DNA of 62,996 bases, the filler included, from Neolecta irregularis DAH-3 (taxonomy: Eukaryota), in assembly GCA_001929475.1 (NCBI GenBank). It is 10 parts of 10 records of this genome, joined end to end, with 100 filler letters (N's around TTAATTAATTAA, not from the genome) between each part and the next. Parts side by side here need not be neighbours in the genome. Positions count along the whole stretch, not along the records: positions 1 to 11,303 come from LXFE01003926.1; positions 11,404 to 24,690 come from LXFE01000495.1; 8 more parts are not named here. One strand, 5' to 3'. Made by a program: the position numbers and the translations under genes. Shown in pieces: positions 1 to 13,288 of the stretch (the stretch's first letter is position 1; every line of letters begins with the position of its first letter). Below the pieces are notes generated by a model that was not told the origin of the DNA, did no database searches, and saw only the letters and a program-made list of their open reading frames with translations.

Positions 1-288
1 CTCTTGTTGTTTTATTCTTCTTTGTGTCTGTGTCCAATTACTCGCTATTTCAGCTTTACTATAAGTAGTCCGGTGACCTGGATATACAATGTCCGGAAGT
101 ATTTGCATCCCCTCTCGATATAGTGAAGTTTTTAACAACGATAGGCAGTCAAATGGAACATCCGTGGATTCTAGGACATTGCCAAATCGGCATACCGATT
201 GATCAGCTGACTTGGCTGCAATACCTAATACATATATGCGAATAAGAGAAGAAGGAAGTCAAGTAACAGCCTAACCAGGATAGCTTAT

Positions 289-1527
289 CTATATTGTAGC
301 AGCTAACATGTCAAGTGTGCAACAGGAGGTGACATACTTGTAAAGTAATAATTCTCCCACAAGTACTGATAATCACCAACAACACTCCCAATCAAGCTCA
401 AAATAGCTCCAGTCCCTAATTTTTGGACTATTGATTCTAGATAAGGCCTGTAATGTGAGATGCATAGATCATCCTAAAGTCCTACTTTGTAAGATTTTCG
501 TATCCTGCTCCGCGCAACATCCACCACCACATTTCTCGACCTCGTCTGCGAAGCTCTTCTTTTTCTAATCCAGTTAGAGCCCTCAACCCACCTGGAATAG
601 TCTGTTCAAAGCTTCGCAGAGCTAGATTCCGGGCGGCGAGGTCGATACTTATCCCAATGACCCACGGACGCCAATTCTTTTTGCTATAGCGTTTTAAAAG
701 CAAGGCATACACCAATGGCCGTAGGATATAAAGAATCTCGGCGAATCTTCCCAGACCTTGTACTCGATGGACTAACTGAAAGGGAGGTTTAATATCATCG
801 GCTGTGAGAAGTTTATCGAGGAGAAATGTATTTACGCTCTGAGTTTGCGACAACGACGGAAGCGTGAGGCCTGTTCGAGGAAGTTTAACGGATTGAAGAG
901 CGATTGACGGCGGCGAGTCTTCGATATCGCGTTCTGGAAGTGGAGGATGGAGAAGCGGGCGATAGCTACTTAGGCGTAGCAAGACTAGCCGTAAAGTCGC
1001 CCTGTTTCAATATAAATTTGTGCCTTTGAAAGAATGATTCGTACTTCAATCCTTCGAGAAGAATAATTATGCGCCATTGAACTTTGTTACCACCTTTTCG
1101 AAAAGCAATCATTTCCCAAAGCACCTGGCTGTATCCAAGCATCATAACAAGCCGCGCGAATTTCCTATAAATTCCCGAGCGTGCGAGAAGATGCGTTGTG
1201 TATCGCGCATGCTGCGATTGACCGGGTTTGTGCTGCTGAATTCGCGAAAGGACGGAATCATGATACAAGCCAACAAAATTCAACAGCGTGTATACTGCGC
1301 GCGTCAGCAGCAGCATGAATGGGTGGCATTTTACAAGTCTCGGAGGCGAGTTCCGCATCTTTGAATCTACCTGGGGTGTGGATCAGGAGGATTGTTCATT
1401 CAGAGGGCATACCGGGCAAGACATAGGCCAATGAGCGCAAAGTCGATTCTATGGACGACACCTGGGATGCATTGTGTGCGAGAAAAGACTCGTAGCGACG
1501 AAGCACAGGCACAGCAGGCACAGTCAT
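289..1527 (-). CDS. PEX16: Peroxisomal membrane biogenesis protein Pex16 (multi-exon)
   Basis: Spliced reading gives MTVPAVPVLRRYESFLAHNASQVSSIESTLRSLAYVLPGRFKDAELASE, then AEILYILRPLVY, EKEELRRR..WWMLRG..Y and C-terminal DYQYLWENYYFT. GT-AG introns join ORFs 966-1358 and 482-982. Confidence 0.9.
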
Positions 1528-1838
1528 CTAGCACTAAACGCGGGTTTTTAAAGAAGCAGTATGGTGGAGTAGGTGAACACCGCAATTCACGTGTATATCA
1601 AGATATATCCAGTTGGTCGGTTACCGTTTTGCCATCTCAACTCCAACATAGTGGATATGCAAAGTACAGGTTCTGTCCGCAGTATACGGTACTGGACGAC
1701 TCCACCAAGCACAGGTGACTCTAGACATTTCCAAGTATACTACTAGAAGAGCATCGTAGAAACATCATTAACCAGCAGTTTATCCAATGCAATATGATTA
1801 TGGCTCCTAACGACCTATTTGCCTTATCCCTTACTGTG

Positions 1839-3562
1839 TTAAGCGGAAATTTTTGGTTTCATGGCATCTTTCCGCTTAACTCTCCTGCCTTCATCTTCTG
1901 CGCTAAACTTGTCCCCAAAGTACCCAAATGAGGACATCACAGACTTGTTCAACGACGGAATTGAAGTAAAAGAGTCGTCACGTTTACGCTTCTGGTGCTT
2001 CTGGTGGAATTTGGAAGGCATCATATTGGGAGGCGGAGTAGGCGAAGGCGTTGGTTGCTGCTGCTGAAGCGCCGACGACGGAAGCGGTTTAGGCAGTATA
2101 GATGGATTCTCGCCATCCAAAGGTTGATTACTAGATGAAGAACCAGAATCTTTTGTCAATGGGCATCCAGACTCCATCCGTTTATAAAGCAGGATGTAAG
2201 CCTGTTGCTGCAAAACTTCTCCGGCTTTAGCAGTCACAACCTGTAATAAATAAGCATCGTCGCGGGAATAAAAGTTTACATGGTTATCATCAAATTCATG
2301 CCAAACATCGGAACTTCCTTTGCAATAAGCGATATAATGACCACTTCTTGTTCCGCCTCCTGAATGGACTATTACGCTGTATAAGCGGTATTTTGTTTCT
2401 GGGTGTGCTTCTCTTCGGCTAGGCACAATATATTTAGAAAGGTCCAAGGTTTCCGAGAATCTAACATAGCGGTTGATTTTTGAACTGTGAGCTGTAAAGC
2501 GCTTAAGATGGAGTGTAAGTATCTGAGGAGCGGTATGGATTTGTGTATGTTTCTGAACTTCCACAAGTTTCGTACACCTGTGATCAGCTTTCTGAATATC
2601 CGTCTGGAATTTTACTTCTCACATTTAAATTTGACGTCGCGAGCAAGTTTCTCGGGGTTTGTAAAGGCAGAGAGAGAATCGTTGATATCGCTCCCCTCCA
2701 CATCTAGCGATAAATCTAAAACCGTTTGAATTGTTTCAGACTTGTAAAGGCAAGTGAGACAGGTGACAATTTGTTTGATGTAGCCTCCAAACATGCGATG
2801 AATAGCCGTTGTCTGTTGAGCTGGGTGGTCTAGGTTTCTAGGCCATGTTCATACTTAACCAAAGCGGAAACATACTTGTAATTGTGTAAAAGTGAATTCT
2901 GCATCGCGTCTATTAAAAGCCGCAAAAACTCATGCGCATCTTCTTGTCGGTAGCTTTTGAAATGTTTTGCAATAACTATTGTATATCAGAATCCAAGCCA
3001 AAAAATGCAAAACCCTTGAGATGTTGAAGGATATCTGTTGGTAGGAAGCTTGCTTTCCTTCCTCCCGAATACACCCTCTTTCCGTGGAATTTCATGGCAC
3101 ATACAACACAGAGGTTGGCACGACCTATTTGTTATAAACTCTACATTATTGCGAGCAAGACTTACACTCTTCATCATGGACTCCTGAGAGAAGATACTCG
3201 ACCATTGGGGGCGTGTGGAGAAGACTTTGTAGTACTGAATTCATGTAGCAAGTATTGCCGGAATTCTGCAAGCCAGGTGACACAGGCCAGACCTTTGACC
3301 ACTGAGTCGACAATTTGTCTTTGGGAAAAAGCTCTCGTGAAGGAACTGGAAGTTTTGTATCTTCAGTCGGTACGAGTTGAGTTGATTTTGAAACATTCTC
3401 GGCTGCGTTGAATGTTGCAGATTCGGGCTGTTGACGGTTGAACGGAGTGTACTTTCCGCCCACAGCGCTACAAAAAGGAGTCGGTTGTTTTATGAACGAG
3501 ACTGGATTGGCCAAAAGGTCTTCCAATGCCGCGGATCGCGACTGGACTATCATCGTGGCCAT
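1839..3562 (-). CDS. Ubiquitin C-terminal hydrolase (peptidase C19, USP36/Ubp10/Ubp16-like)
   Basis: Cys box GLQNSGNTCYMNSVLQSL, RQEDAHEFLR, LTLHLKRF, His box HSGGGTRSGHYIAY and WHEFDD across spliced ORFs. Confidence 0.92.
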
Positions 3563-3615
3563 ACTTGCAAGGTGGTCAGTCGTTGGCAAGAGGAAAATTT
3601 CTGACACAATAAAAC

Positions 3616-4385
3616 ATGACTTCAACAGGCATTGAAAAAGATAATGTGCATGCAGTTTATCAACAAATCGCAGGTCATTTCTCGCAGACACGGCACACAG
3701 TACGCGGCCATTCAGAAATTTGGAGTTTTGTTGATGGATTTAGCCGTGGCCTATCGTGAAAAGGTTTCTCGAGGATCAGAACCCTGGAGCCATTGGTCTC
3801 GATGTTGGCTGCGGAAATGGAAAATATCTCGATGTTAACAACGATATATTAATTATCGGGTCAGATAGGTTACAGTAGTACATAAACCTTTTCCACTTAC
3901 AAGTAAAGGAGTTCAAATTTAGTCGATATAGCCAGAACAAAAGGCGAGGCCGTTGTGTCAGATGGCATTGCAATACCTCACCCGGCGTCTCGTTTTGTAC
4001 GATGCCACATAATTTCAAAAAAGAGTTCATTGCATAGGACTTTTGCCTTTCGGTAGCTGTGATACACCATTTTTCGACTACTTCTCGTCGTATGCTAGCC
4101 ATATCGTCGTTACTACAGACTCTTCTATCTAACGGCAGATTGCTTATATATGTTTGGGCACTTGAACAAAAAAGCTCCAGACGAGGCTGGGATGAAGATT
4201 GTGAACAGGATGTTATGGTACCGTGGGTAAATCCACAGGGCGTAACATATCAGAGGTATTACCACCTATATCGCAAAGGAGAACTCGAATACGACGTCTC
4301 TATGGCTGGTGGAAAGGTCCTAGAGAGCGGGTATGAAAAAGATAACTGGTGGGCTATATGCGAGAGAAATATTACCATTCATTGA
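3616..4385 (+). CDS. TRM9: tRNA (carboxymethyluridine-34) methyltransferase Trm9
   Basis: MTSTGIEKDNVHAVYQQIAGHFSQTR, SAM motif LDVGCGNGKY, AVIHHFST, LIYVWALEQ, YQRYYHLYRKGELE, GYEKDNWW. Confidence 0.92.
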
Positions 4386-5065
4386 TTCAAGTGTCCTTTT
4401 CAACAAAGGCTATATTACTAAAAATGTCAGGAATCTGTCAGTAAATATCTCTATTTCAGTGCGCGAGTTATCTCCTCGAGATCAGTAATAGACAAATCAC
4501 TACAGTGTTGTCCTTCCCCATCGAAAAAGATAGGCTTTTCTCAGCAAGGGACAACATATATCTGTAATTATTGAAGATTATAGTCTAAGGACAACGCCGA
4601 CCCTGCATTAACATTTATCCTTTTTTATTCGAAGAACATAATTTATCCTATGTGCACATCGAATCAGTGAAAAGTACATCTCAGGAATCAAATGTTAAAA
4701 TAACCAAGCTCTTGCGGGCTTTACTTTGCAGATTGGGCGAGATGCAGTGCTTTACCGCAGATATGACCGCATCTGATTAATGCTTGATATCCTATATATA
4801 TAATGATTTTACCAGCTGATGAAGTCGATTCGATACTTACCCCTATGCGTCCTAGCACAATCGAAATTCATATCTAAGAAATCAGTAGTTTTCAAGGACT
4901 ATCACTGGAGATATTGTATGTTGATACACTTGATAATTATGTAAAGATACTCTATCTAACTCATTTCCGTTCACAAACAGGAAAGGCTTAATATCAAGTG
5001 GACATTTTGAAAAAGAAGAAAGTAGACCAACTAGTAATATCTACCATACATGCGCAGCAGTACAA

Positions 5066-7867
5066 CTAATCGAGCAAATCCGGAGAACGGTCTCGAATCG
5101 GCAATGATTCTAACTGATCAATCGTCTCCAACTGATTCTCGCGTTTTTCCAAATGTCGCATACAATCAGCGATCCACACAGTCTTCTGATTCAACAAATC
5201 GATAAATTCACCAAATCCTGCTCCGTAAACTTTCTCTACGCCAGGGAAAAGGGTGTCCATATCCCATGATGGTTTGACACCAATTGGAAGATGTCTTTGT
5301 GTGGCAAAAGTGTAGTCCCAATTCTGACTAAATACCTTTTTCTTCGTAAGAATAAATGTGGCAGAGGTGTACGAACCGTACAACCCCATCGTTCATCGCC
5401 GATGTCTGCAACTGAAATGGAAACGCCTGCAGGATATTTAATAGCAAGACTGGAGACGTTGGAATGCTCATATTTTGTGATTTCAAATATGTATTCAGAT
5501 GTTGGAAGCCAGTATTTATACTTGAGTTAGATTGTGATGTTTGGCAGATGTTGAATACTCTTGTCTTTACGATGACGTCTTCAACTTGAAGTCCGGGAAG
5601 ATTAGCAAATTTTACTCTATTTTTATCGCTGAATTGTTAGTGTTTGTAGCTGTGAATGATGAAGGTGTGTACTTGAGTTTGACAGTTTTGACAAACTCCC
5701 GTACGATTTCGTCCGTCTCTGCGACTTGTGAAATATGAGCACTCAACTCCCAGCCTAGTCTATTCTAGTTAACTAACCACGGAAAATGGGAACTCGAACC
5801 CAGAACACAACACAAGATTCGTCAATCCCAGAACTTTTCTTTGTCTGGCAAAGACTCGAGGAACCCCAGTAGTCTTATTCGAGTCAAAGTCAACATCAAT
5901 TCGAACCAATGATTTTCGTCCAACGATCCGACATTTAAAGTGGACTGAGAAAGTGGGTTGGGATTCATGCGGTTCGAACGCAATTTTCGCCTCGATAGGT
6001 AGTTGGCAAGCATACCTGTTTTGCGCAAATCTAACTCGTCAAAAAGAAGGTAGAAACGAACCGACGATCTAATCAATTCAGAATGATTCCTCTTGTCTAA
6101 AATCATCCTATTCAAAAAATCTCGCATATTAACCCGTCGTGGTAAGATCCCTTCCGAACATGGCCCTCTTGAAATTAAAACAGAAGAATATGCTGGACAT
6201 ACTGGAAGAAAAGAACTGTCCCAATGTGAACTCGAAACTTTACATCTTCTCGGTAAAATAACAAGTCTTCCAAAACATGTTTCATAGCGCCCCTCATAAG
6301 ACTTTCATTCGCAGTGATATATCTATAATCAACTCTTACCGTTTCAAATAACCATACGCCTGTCTTTCAACTCCGAGCTTTGTTAAAGTATGTGATGGAA
6401 CGGCGGTATTTAAATCCATAGAGACGAGTAAAACACCATCTGGTCCATTTATAGAGAATGTGAGTTGACGTTTTGAGAGATGATGCCGAGTATTCATTTG
6501 GAATAGTGAAAAGCATCTTGAAGGTATTGCAAAGTGAAGATTAATAGGCCATCGAAGTCGAAGATACTGATTTAGATCAACCTGTAAAAAGAAAAGATAG
6601 AATAATACGTACAGCAGCTTGACTGAAATATACATGTCTGATACGACAAAGCGCCTCCTCGACGTTTTTACCACTTACGAGGAATACCTGATATTTTTCA
6701 GTTTATATCGAAAATTTGAGGAAGTGGGACTTTATGTTTCTCGAGGTATCGGATGTATACTTGACACTCTACACGAATATCATCGAGAACCTCGAAATTT
6801 TTCATTCCGCAAGTTTGATACACATCCACTTCATCATCAGGGTACCATAAAAACGCACCCTACCAATGAATCTTTCGTGTGCCCGTATATAATTATACAT
6901 ACCTCGTTTTCAAAGATTTCAGTGTCAGGCGGCGCTTCTCGAAATCTCTTTAATATCTGTTGGGATTCGAGGATTCGGGCCTGGCGTTTTGCTTCGGCAG
7001 GTGTAGGTTCCCTGCCCGGTTTCGCCCATGCATTTGCTCTTCTTGCTCGATATCTTGAATGAAAATCAACTTGATCAACAGTGATTTTCGAATGTGCTTT
7101 AAGATCGGTAATCATCGCATCTACATCTTTCTCAGAGCCCCAGAGATCAATTGTCTATAGCGTCACTTCTGAAAATCCCATTTCGAGGAAGAGAGGATGG
7201 GGGTACGTTTTGTGGGTGGGTAGAGTTGAAGCGGAAAGTAACATTATTTTTAAAAGCGATGTTTCCTAGATGACAGTTTCTCAAACCAAGAAACATTCGA
7301 CGGAACCGGAGCATTGATTCTGGGAATCCACTTTGTGGTGCAGGGAGGACAAAGGTTTCTACGGTTTGATATTTTGCTGTTTGCGGGATGATATACTGTT
7401 TGACGGGATATTACTAGCTTCGACTCTATCCGCGAATTCTCCAATAGGCAGTTGATCTCCATCTTCATTCGTGCGTAGTGAACTTTGATGTCAAGTTATC
7501 AAACTTACCGAAGATTGACAATACTGAGAGGTGGAAGCTGTGTCGTCAAGCTCGTTTTCTTCAGTTGTAATGAACCACAAAGACTGTGATCTACGAAATC
7601 AATACTTGCAATTTATTAGACTGTCTTTTCTCTAGAGTTTCGAGTGTTCTGTCTCTGTGCAGAATGGATGGCTCCCGAAACTGTCCCAGTAACAGTCGAT
7701 GCATCGTCTTCCAAAACTTTATTCCACTTATTTGCATCAAGAAAAGTCGGGCTGTTTGAGTCAATAGATATTGCTGAGCCGTGTATATTTACTCTTCCCC
7801 GATATAAGGTGCTCTTTTTGTGGGCATTTCGTCGAGTTTTAGGGGGTAAGTGAGGTAAGTTTGCCAT
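5066..7867 (-). CDS. Large multi-exon hypothetical fungal protein, function unknown
   Basis: Chain of minus-strand coding-like exons separated by short GT-AG introns (e.g. LEDLLFYREDVKFRVHIG, YKYWLPTSEYIFEITKYE, WDYTFATQRHLPIGVKPSWDMDTLFP). Start codon uncertain. Confidence 0.55.
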
Positions 7868-7877
7868 ATCCACACTA

Positions 7878-8012
7878 AGCTCAGCGTCGATTTAACCGTC
7901 ACCCCCATAAACCCGACACAATATCCTAAACCCGACACAATATAAATATATAATAAGAATTCCATATATTGTGTCGGGTTTAGGGGGGTGTCGGTTAAAT
8001 CAGCGCTGAGCT
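7878..8012. mobile_element. 135-bp MITE with 47-bp terminal inverted repeats and TA target-site duplication (Tc1/mariner-type non-autonomous)
   Basis: 7878-7924 is the reverse complement of 7966-8012 (43/47 match). TA flanks at 7876-77 and 8013-14. An extra internal copy of TAAACCCGACACAATAT is present. Confidence 0.85.
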
Positions 8013-9323
8013 TATAAGGCAACTCTTAATTTTATCACGCTAGAAAAATCACTCTTGTTAGCATCGGTAATATTATACGATGGATATGTGATCGATAGTG
8101 ATCAGAAGTAGAATGTTTATTGGTATCGACGACATCAAGACCAATAGGGATTTGTCCATCCCAGCCGTTTATTTAACACAAACCTTGTGCTGACGATCTG
8201 TTGTGTGTAGATCAAGTGATGTTGACGCCGGTACCCTCGAGTTCCTGCAGCAAGTAAGGATGTTACGCCATTAGCTTAGATAATCTCTCATTAAAGTGCG
8301 CCAATCTGCAAAGTGTTTCAGAAATATTTTATGGGGCTGGCAAATGTGACAATAATGACCCGAGTGCAAGTTTAACGACGGCATTGACAGTTAGGATGAA
8401 GCAGATGTGTTGGGTTGGAATGGGACAGTGGAAATGAATATTTTGGGCGATACATCAACAAACAAGGAGAAAACAAGGGAGTCAGATGATGGCAGTCTAG
8501 TTTATTATTAGAGATAACTGTCGATCTGTATTTTTGGAGCTAGGAAGGGTAGAGGCGAAAGACTGTGGTAAGAAAATAGCCCGAAACGAATTAGCCGTGC
8601 TGTGTCATTGATTGACGAACATAGAATTAACCATACAGCAGGAGTGGTACGAGATGCAGATATGAATTGTGGATATGCAGGATAATGATTATAGAAAAGG
8701 ATGGTGGTGTGACGAGCAAGGGGAGCCGCGGAAGCTAATGGATGGCAGGAAATTGGCAAATGAAAGACGGAGATGCAGAAATGGCAGGTCCGCGTGTCAA
8801 CCAGCGGATGTTAATATTGGAGAATATGACATTCCAGGTGCGGTTCCGGGTCAAAAAGGGGGGTTTTCTTGCAGGGCGGAAGGACAGCGGCAGGAAAAGA
8901 AGCGGCAGGAGTATGCATGGATCGGAGAATTGCAAAGATTTCATCAGTATTTCATTCAAAGCGGCAAAATTGTGCTTGGCGAGAATTCTTCACCGCGAAC
9001 TGCAATAGCAAAGAACACGCATTACCTGGTCTGTCTGTATCTTGTCTGTATGTGAATTAGGGTCTCTTCCTGGTATCTATAGCACCGCCTACCCTTGCTA
9101 AAACCATGCTGCCTACCCTTGCCTCGTTATCTCAGACCCCAGACCGGACCAGGCTGGTGGAGCGGACTTGAAAAAGAAAAGCGGTTTTCTGGAGCAAGTC
9201 GAGTACTCTCTTCACTACCTCCGCCCCCAAAACACTCCCCCCCTCCAACCAATTTCTTTAAACCTCCAGCTGGCTTTTTTGCGACTCCCCCCTCGAACAG
9301 TACTTTTCCACAATTGTCGTTCC

Positions 9324-10952
9324 ATGCTAACCTCCAACCCAGCTGTTCTCCCCGCAAACTCGGCCCTAAAAGCAATGGCCTTCAATCACTACGCCGTCCC
9401 ACACGACTCCCAGGCGCTGCGTGGACAGCTGCAGGAACAGGTCCGCCAGGGTCAGCGTCCCGGCCCAAAATCTAAATCCACCTCCGTCACAACTGCTCTG
9501 TGGGAAGACGAGGGCACAGTCGTCTTCCAGGTCGACCGAGACGGCGCTGTCGTAGCTCGCCGCGAGGGTATTTTGCTGAAGGCAACACTCTCCGCTTACT
9601 CAAGACAACGACTTTATCAACGGCACAAAGCTGCTCAATGTCACCGGGATGAGCCGCGGCCGCCGCGACGGAATCCTCAAAGGCGAAAAGGAACGATACG
9701 TTATCAAGGTCGGAGCGATGCATTTGAAAGGCGTATGGTATTTTTCCCCCCTCACTAAAGCATTGCTCACTCCAGGGTCCCGTATCATCGCGCACTGTTC
9801 CTCGCATGTCGAGAAAACATCGTCGAGTATTTGTACCCGCTCTTTCACAACCACATCAAACAGTTCTGTTTCGAAAGAAACAACCGGGAACATACCCACG
9901 CCATGATCCAAGCCTGTCAAAATCGCCCAATCAGACCAGACTCGAGGCGCTCTTTACAATCCGTCCTTGCTCACTCACCCTTGCAAAATCCTCCAAATAT
10001 CCCGACACCGCCGGGGACCTCGGTCGGTGTCACAAATGCTATTGCGCATGATAATTGGAATTCTGATTGGTCCGGGAACTCCGGTGCGCTAGTCCATCAC
10101 GCTCCCCAGACTCCCCTACATACTCCTCCACAGGAATTGACCGACTCACGAGTTAGTATGCAACAACAACCGCAGCGCGTCGATCTGGAAAGATTCGGCC
10201 TTATCCATCAGCAGATCCTTGATTCAAGAAACCAAATGTCGCAGCAATTCATCTCTCCGCAGTATCGCGACTTTAACCCCTCCGGCTTAGAGCAGGCTTT
10301 TATCTTTTCCGAGCCCTTTGAGCTTGCTCCTCCTCCAGCTGATCCTGCGCAACTCGACCCTCTGGATCCAACGCAGTTGGAAGATGAAGACCCGCCGGAA
10401 GAGGACACAGAAACGCCAGACAGCAATCGCAGCAGTGAAATTCCCCCGACTATTACCAACTTTCATGATAATTCTTCCCCCTTCAACAACCAACCTGGAT
10501 TCCAACAGGTCCCCGCGTACTTTAGCCAGCACTTTCCTCCAGAATTTGCTCCATCGACTCCACAGTCTCATTCCCTTCAGTCACAGCAAGAACCACCGTT
10601 TCACGCCACATTAGGCCGTGACCGGTCCCAAATCTCAGCCGATACATATATATGTCCCCGTCCTCCACCCCATCAACGAAGCCAGTCTGAAATAATTCCA
10701 CCAACAAATAATTGGTCTGTCTGGACACCCCCATGTCCTCCTCTTTCCCGAAAACGTAATTCGTCATCGTATACCGAAGACGCAGCACTCATCAACCTGC
10801 ACGTCGCAGAATTCGACAACAAGAGAAGAAAAACAAATGTTGACGTAAATACCAATCCTTCTACAAAAGAAGAATCAGCACCACTCCTTCTCCTCGATTC
10901 TCAGTTTCCGCCATATGTAAGAGACTCGACCTCCTCCCATCGCTCCATTTAA
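9324..10952 (+). CDS. stuA: APSES transcription factor, StuA/Sok2/Phd1/Efg1 clade
   Basis: Spliced APSES domain [95 protein letters not shown], then a P/Q/S-rich tail. Start is 9324 or 9375. Confidence 0.92.
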
Positions 10953-11303
10953 AAAAAGACTATATCTCTCTATTTCATTTCTTATTTCGGGGTCTTTTAT
11001 CTTGTTCGTCTTGGTTTCTTTGGGCTTTTTCTTCATATCATGTTACGTCAGGGTGGTCTGTTGTCACGTGACCAGTCATATAATGCATTCACAAGCATAA
11101 GATACAATTCTGGTGGGGGTCGTGGGGGTAGTAGCATTTTGTAGACGAGTATATTTCCTTTTTTTCTTTTTCCCTGTTTTTTCTTTTTTTCTTTTTTTTT
11201 TAATTGTGGAAACAAGTATTTCTTATCTTGTGGATTTTTAGTGGAATATGTGGAGCGCAATTCTTCTGTCATCGGCTCGCTTTCTGTTTGTTTGTGCTTT
11301 TTT

Positions 11304-11403
11304 NNNNNNNNNNNNNNNNNNNNNNNNNNNNNNNNNNNNNNNNNNNNTTAATTAATTAANNNNNNNNNNNNNNNNNNNNNNNNNNNNNNNNNNNNNNNNN
11401 NNN
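11304..11403. other. Artificial contig linker (N-TTAATTAATTAA-N); identical linkers at 24691, 50129, 51677, 53028, 54466, 56400, 58482, 59811
   Basis: 100-nt spacer carrying stop codons in all six frames, repeated nine times. Confidence 0.98.
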
Positions 11404-11813
11404 CCTGGAGAATGCTCTGGCAGGCTGTTAGGTTGTATGGCGGTTTGGTAGTTTCCTCCATGTGATGTTCTTCAAAGGTCCCCTTCTGATTTTCTTGTAT
11501 TGAATTTGTTGGCAGACCATTCGTTTGGCCTTTAAATTCTGATCCCGATAGTGTTTGTTTCGTTTGAATACGTTGGGTTGTTGTTCAACTAAGAATTAAT
11601 TTGCAATTTGCTCAAAGTTATACTCGCAAGATAGCAATGCTAGCAATGTCGTCTTGACAGATTGAAAATTGGGTTACTGAGCAGACTTCATCACCTCGTG
11701 CCCTGCATATATAGATACAATAGGTATCAAGTTGGAATATTAGATTTCAAAGGAAGGACCAAGATAAGATGCGTAGAACATATATATTTTCCAAATACAA
11801 ACAAAGCAACAAT

Positions 11814-12341
11814 TCAACGATAGCTCTTCTGGTATCTGGCTCGGGCGCCTGGACCACCAAATTTCTTTGGCTCACAACGTCTAGGATCAGCGACGAGAAG
11901 GGTTCTATCATAAGCAATCAAGGTCTTCTTGATCTCGTTCTTTGATTGCTCATCAACAAATTTTTGGTAATAGGCAACGATTGCTTTTGATATTGCTTGT
12001 CGGATGGCATAAATCTGGGACGTCTGACCTCCTCCAGTAGCTCGAACTCTGATGTCGACGTTAGCGAATTTATCTAGGCCGACAATGAGAAGTGGTTCGT
12101 AGATCTGGATTCGTGAGATATCAAAGCAGATGCGGAGAGCACCTTAAATCTGAGGATTTCGGGTTGAACGAGTGCGAGTGGAGAACCGTTGACTTTTAGA
12201 AGTCCTCGCCCAGCCTATTCGAAATGTTAGCTGTACCATTCGATTTGACATTTTGCCGCGGTGGCGAAGGAAATATCATACTTTACAGTGAGCTACAGCT
12301 GTAGCTGTTTTCTTTTTTCCAAAGCACTGGACAGATTCCAT
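11814..12341 (-). CDS. RPS16: 40S ribosomal protein S16 (uS9), two introns
   Basis: [20 protein letters not shown] / [23 protein letters not shown] / ...[31 protein letters not shown]. Confidence 0.97.
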
Positions 12342-12448
12342 TGTTGACTCGAGTTATGGGCAATGGGATATTCAAGGGCGACCGCTGAATTTCTGGTGGT
12401 GATTCCGTTTGTGCCATGAACAATTATCGCCTCCTAAATTGATCCAAG

Positions 12449-12470
12449 CAGTCACAGAGAAAATTAGGGT
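12449..12470. promoter_or_regulatory. Homol-D box (CAGTCACA) plus TTAGGGT (Homol-E/Tbf1-like) in the bidirectional RPS16-RPL13 promoter
   Basis: Exact CAGTCACA at 12449-12456, between two ribosomal protein ATGs about 200 bp apart. TTAGGGT follows at 12464-12470. Confidence 0.8.
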
Positions 12471-12538
12471 TGCTCATATGGCTTTCTTCAGGCCTCACCA
12501 CCAAAACCTCGCAGCCTCTAGTTACCACCCGCGAAACA

Positions 12539-13288
12539 ATGGCCATCAAGGGAAACAGAGTATGTCTCCAAGGTTTACCAGCTGCATTTATCAAGTTAGG
12601 TTTTACCCAATGCCCATTTCCGAAAGCAATGGCAAAAACGAGTTAGATGTTGGTTTGATCAACCTGCTCGGAAATATCGAAGAAGACAAGCGAGAGTTGC
12701 CAAAGTTTGTAAGGTCGCTCCAAGACCTGTCGATCACCTCCGACCGGCTGTGAGAAGTGCGACTCTGCGATATAACATGAAGCTTCAGGAAGGACGAGGA
12801 TTTACCCTGGAAGAACTAAAGGTATGTTATTGTATAGCAACATTATTAGTTTTTCGTTACTTTTCTCTCTTCGATTATAACGACTGGCGGTTAACAATCA
12901 TTAGGTCGCAGGTATTCCTGTCAAATTCGCTAAAACTATCGGTATCAGTGTCGACCATCGACGTCGCAACAAATCTCAGGAATCACTCGATCTCAACGTT
13001 GCCCGTCTCAAATCCTACAAATCTAGCCTCATTCTTTTCCCTCGAAAGAAGGGATCTGTTAAGAGAGGAGATACTGAAGATGTTTCTGCTGCTCAGCAAA
13101 TCGTAGTCTCCAAAGTCTTGCCGATTTCTCAAGATATTGCTGAAACTGAGAGAAATATTACAAAGGAAGACAAGGAATTTAATGCATATGCTACTCTTCG
13201 AAAGGCGCAGAGCGTGAAGAAATACAAGGGAAAAAATGACCTTCGAGAAAAGAAACGACAGGAGGAGGAGGAGATCAAAAAGAAGTAA
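12539..13288 (+). CDS. RPL13: 60S ribosomal protein L13 (eL13), two introns
   Basis: MAIKGNR / [29 protein letters not shown]...[10 protein letters not shown] / [16 protein letters not shown]...EEEIKKK*. Confidence 0.97.

Noticed and set aside
4720..4871. Possible 33-aa spliced peptide MNFDCARTHRGYQALIRCGHICGKALHLAQSAK (minus strand)
   Set aside because: Donor is good but there is no clear branch site or recognisable family; cannot be supported without transcripts.
11348..11359. Recurrent TTAATTAATTAA palindrome as a biological repeat
   Set aside because: Always centred in a 100-nt N block; it is a six-frame-stop contig linker.
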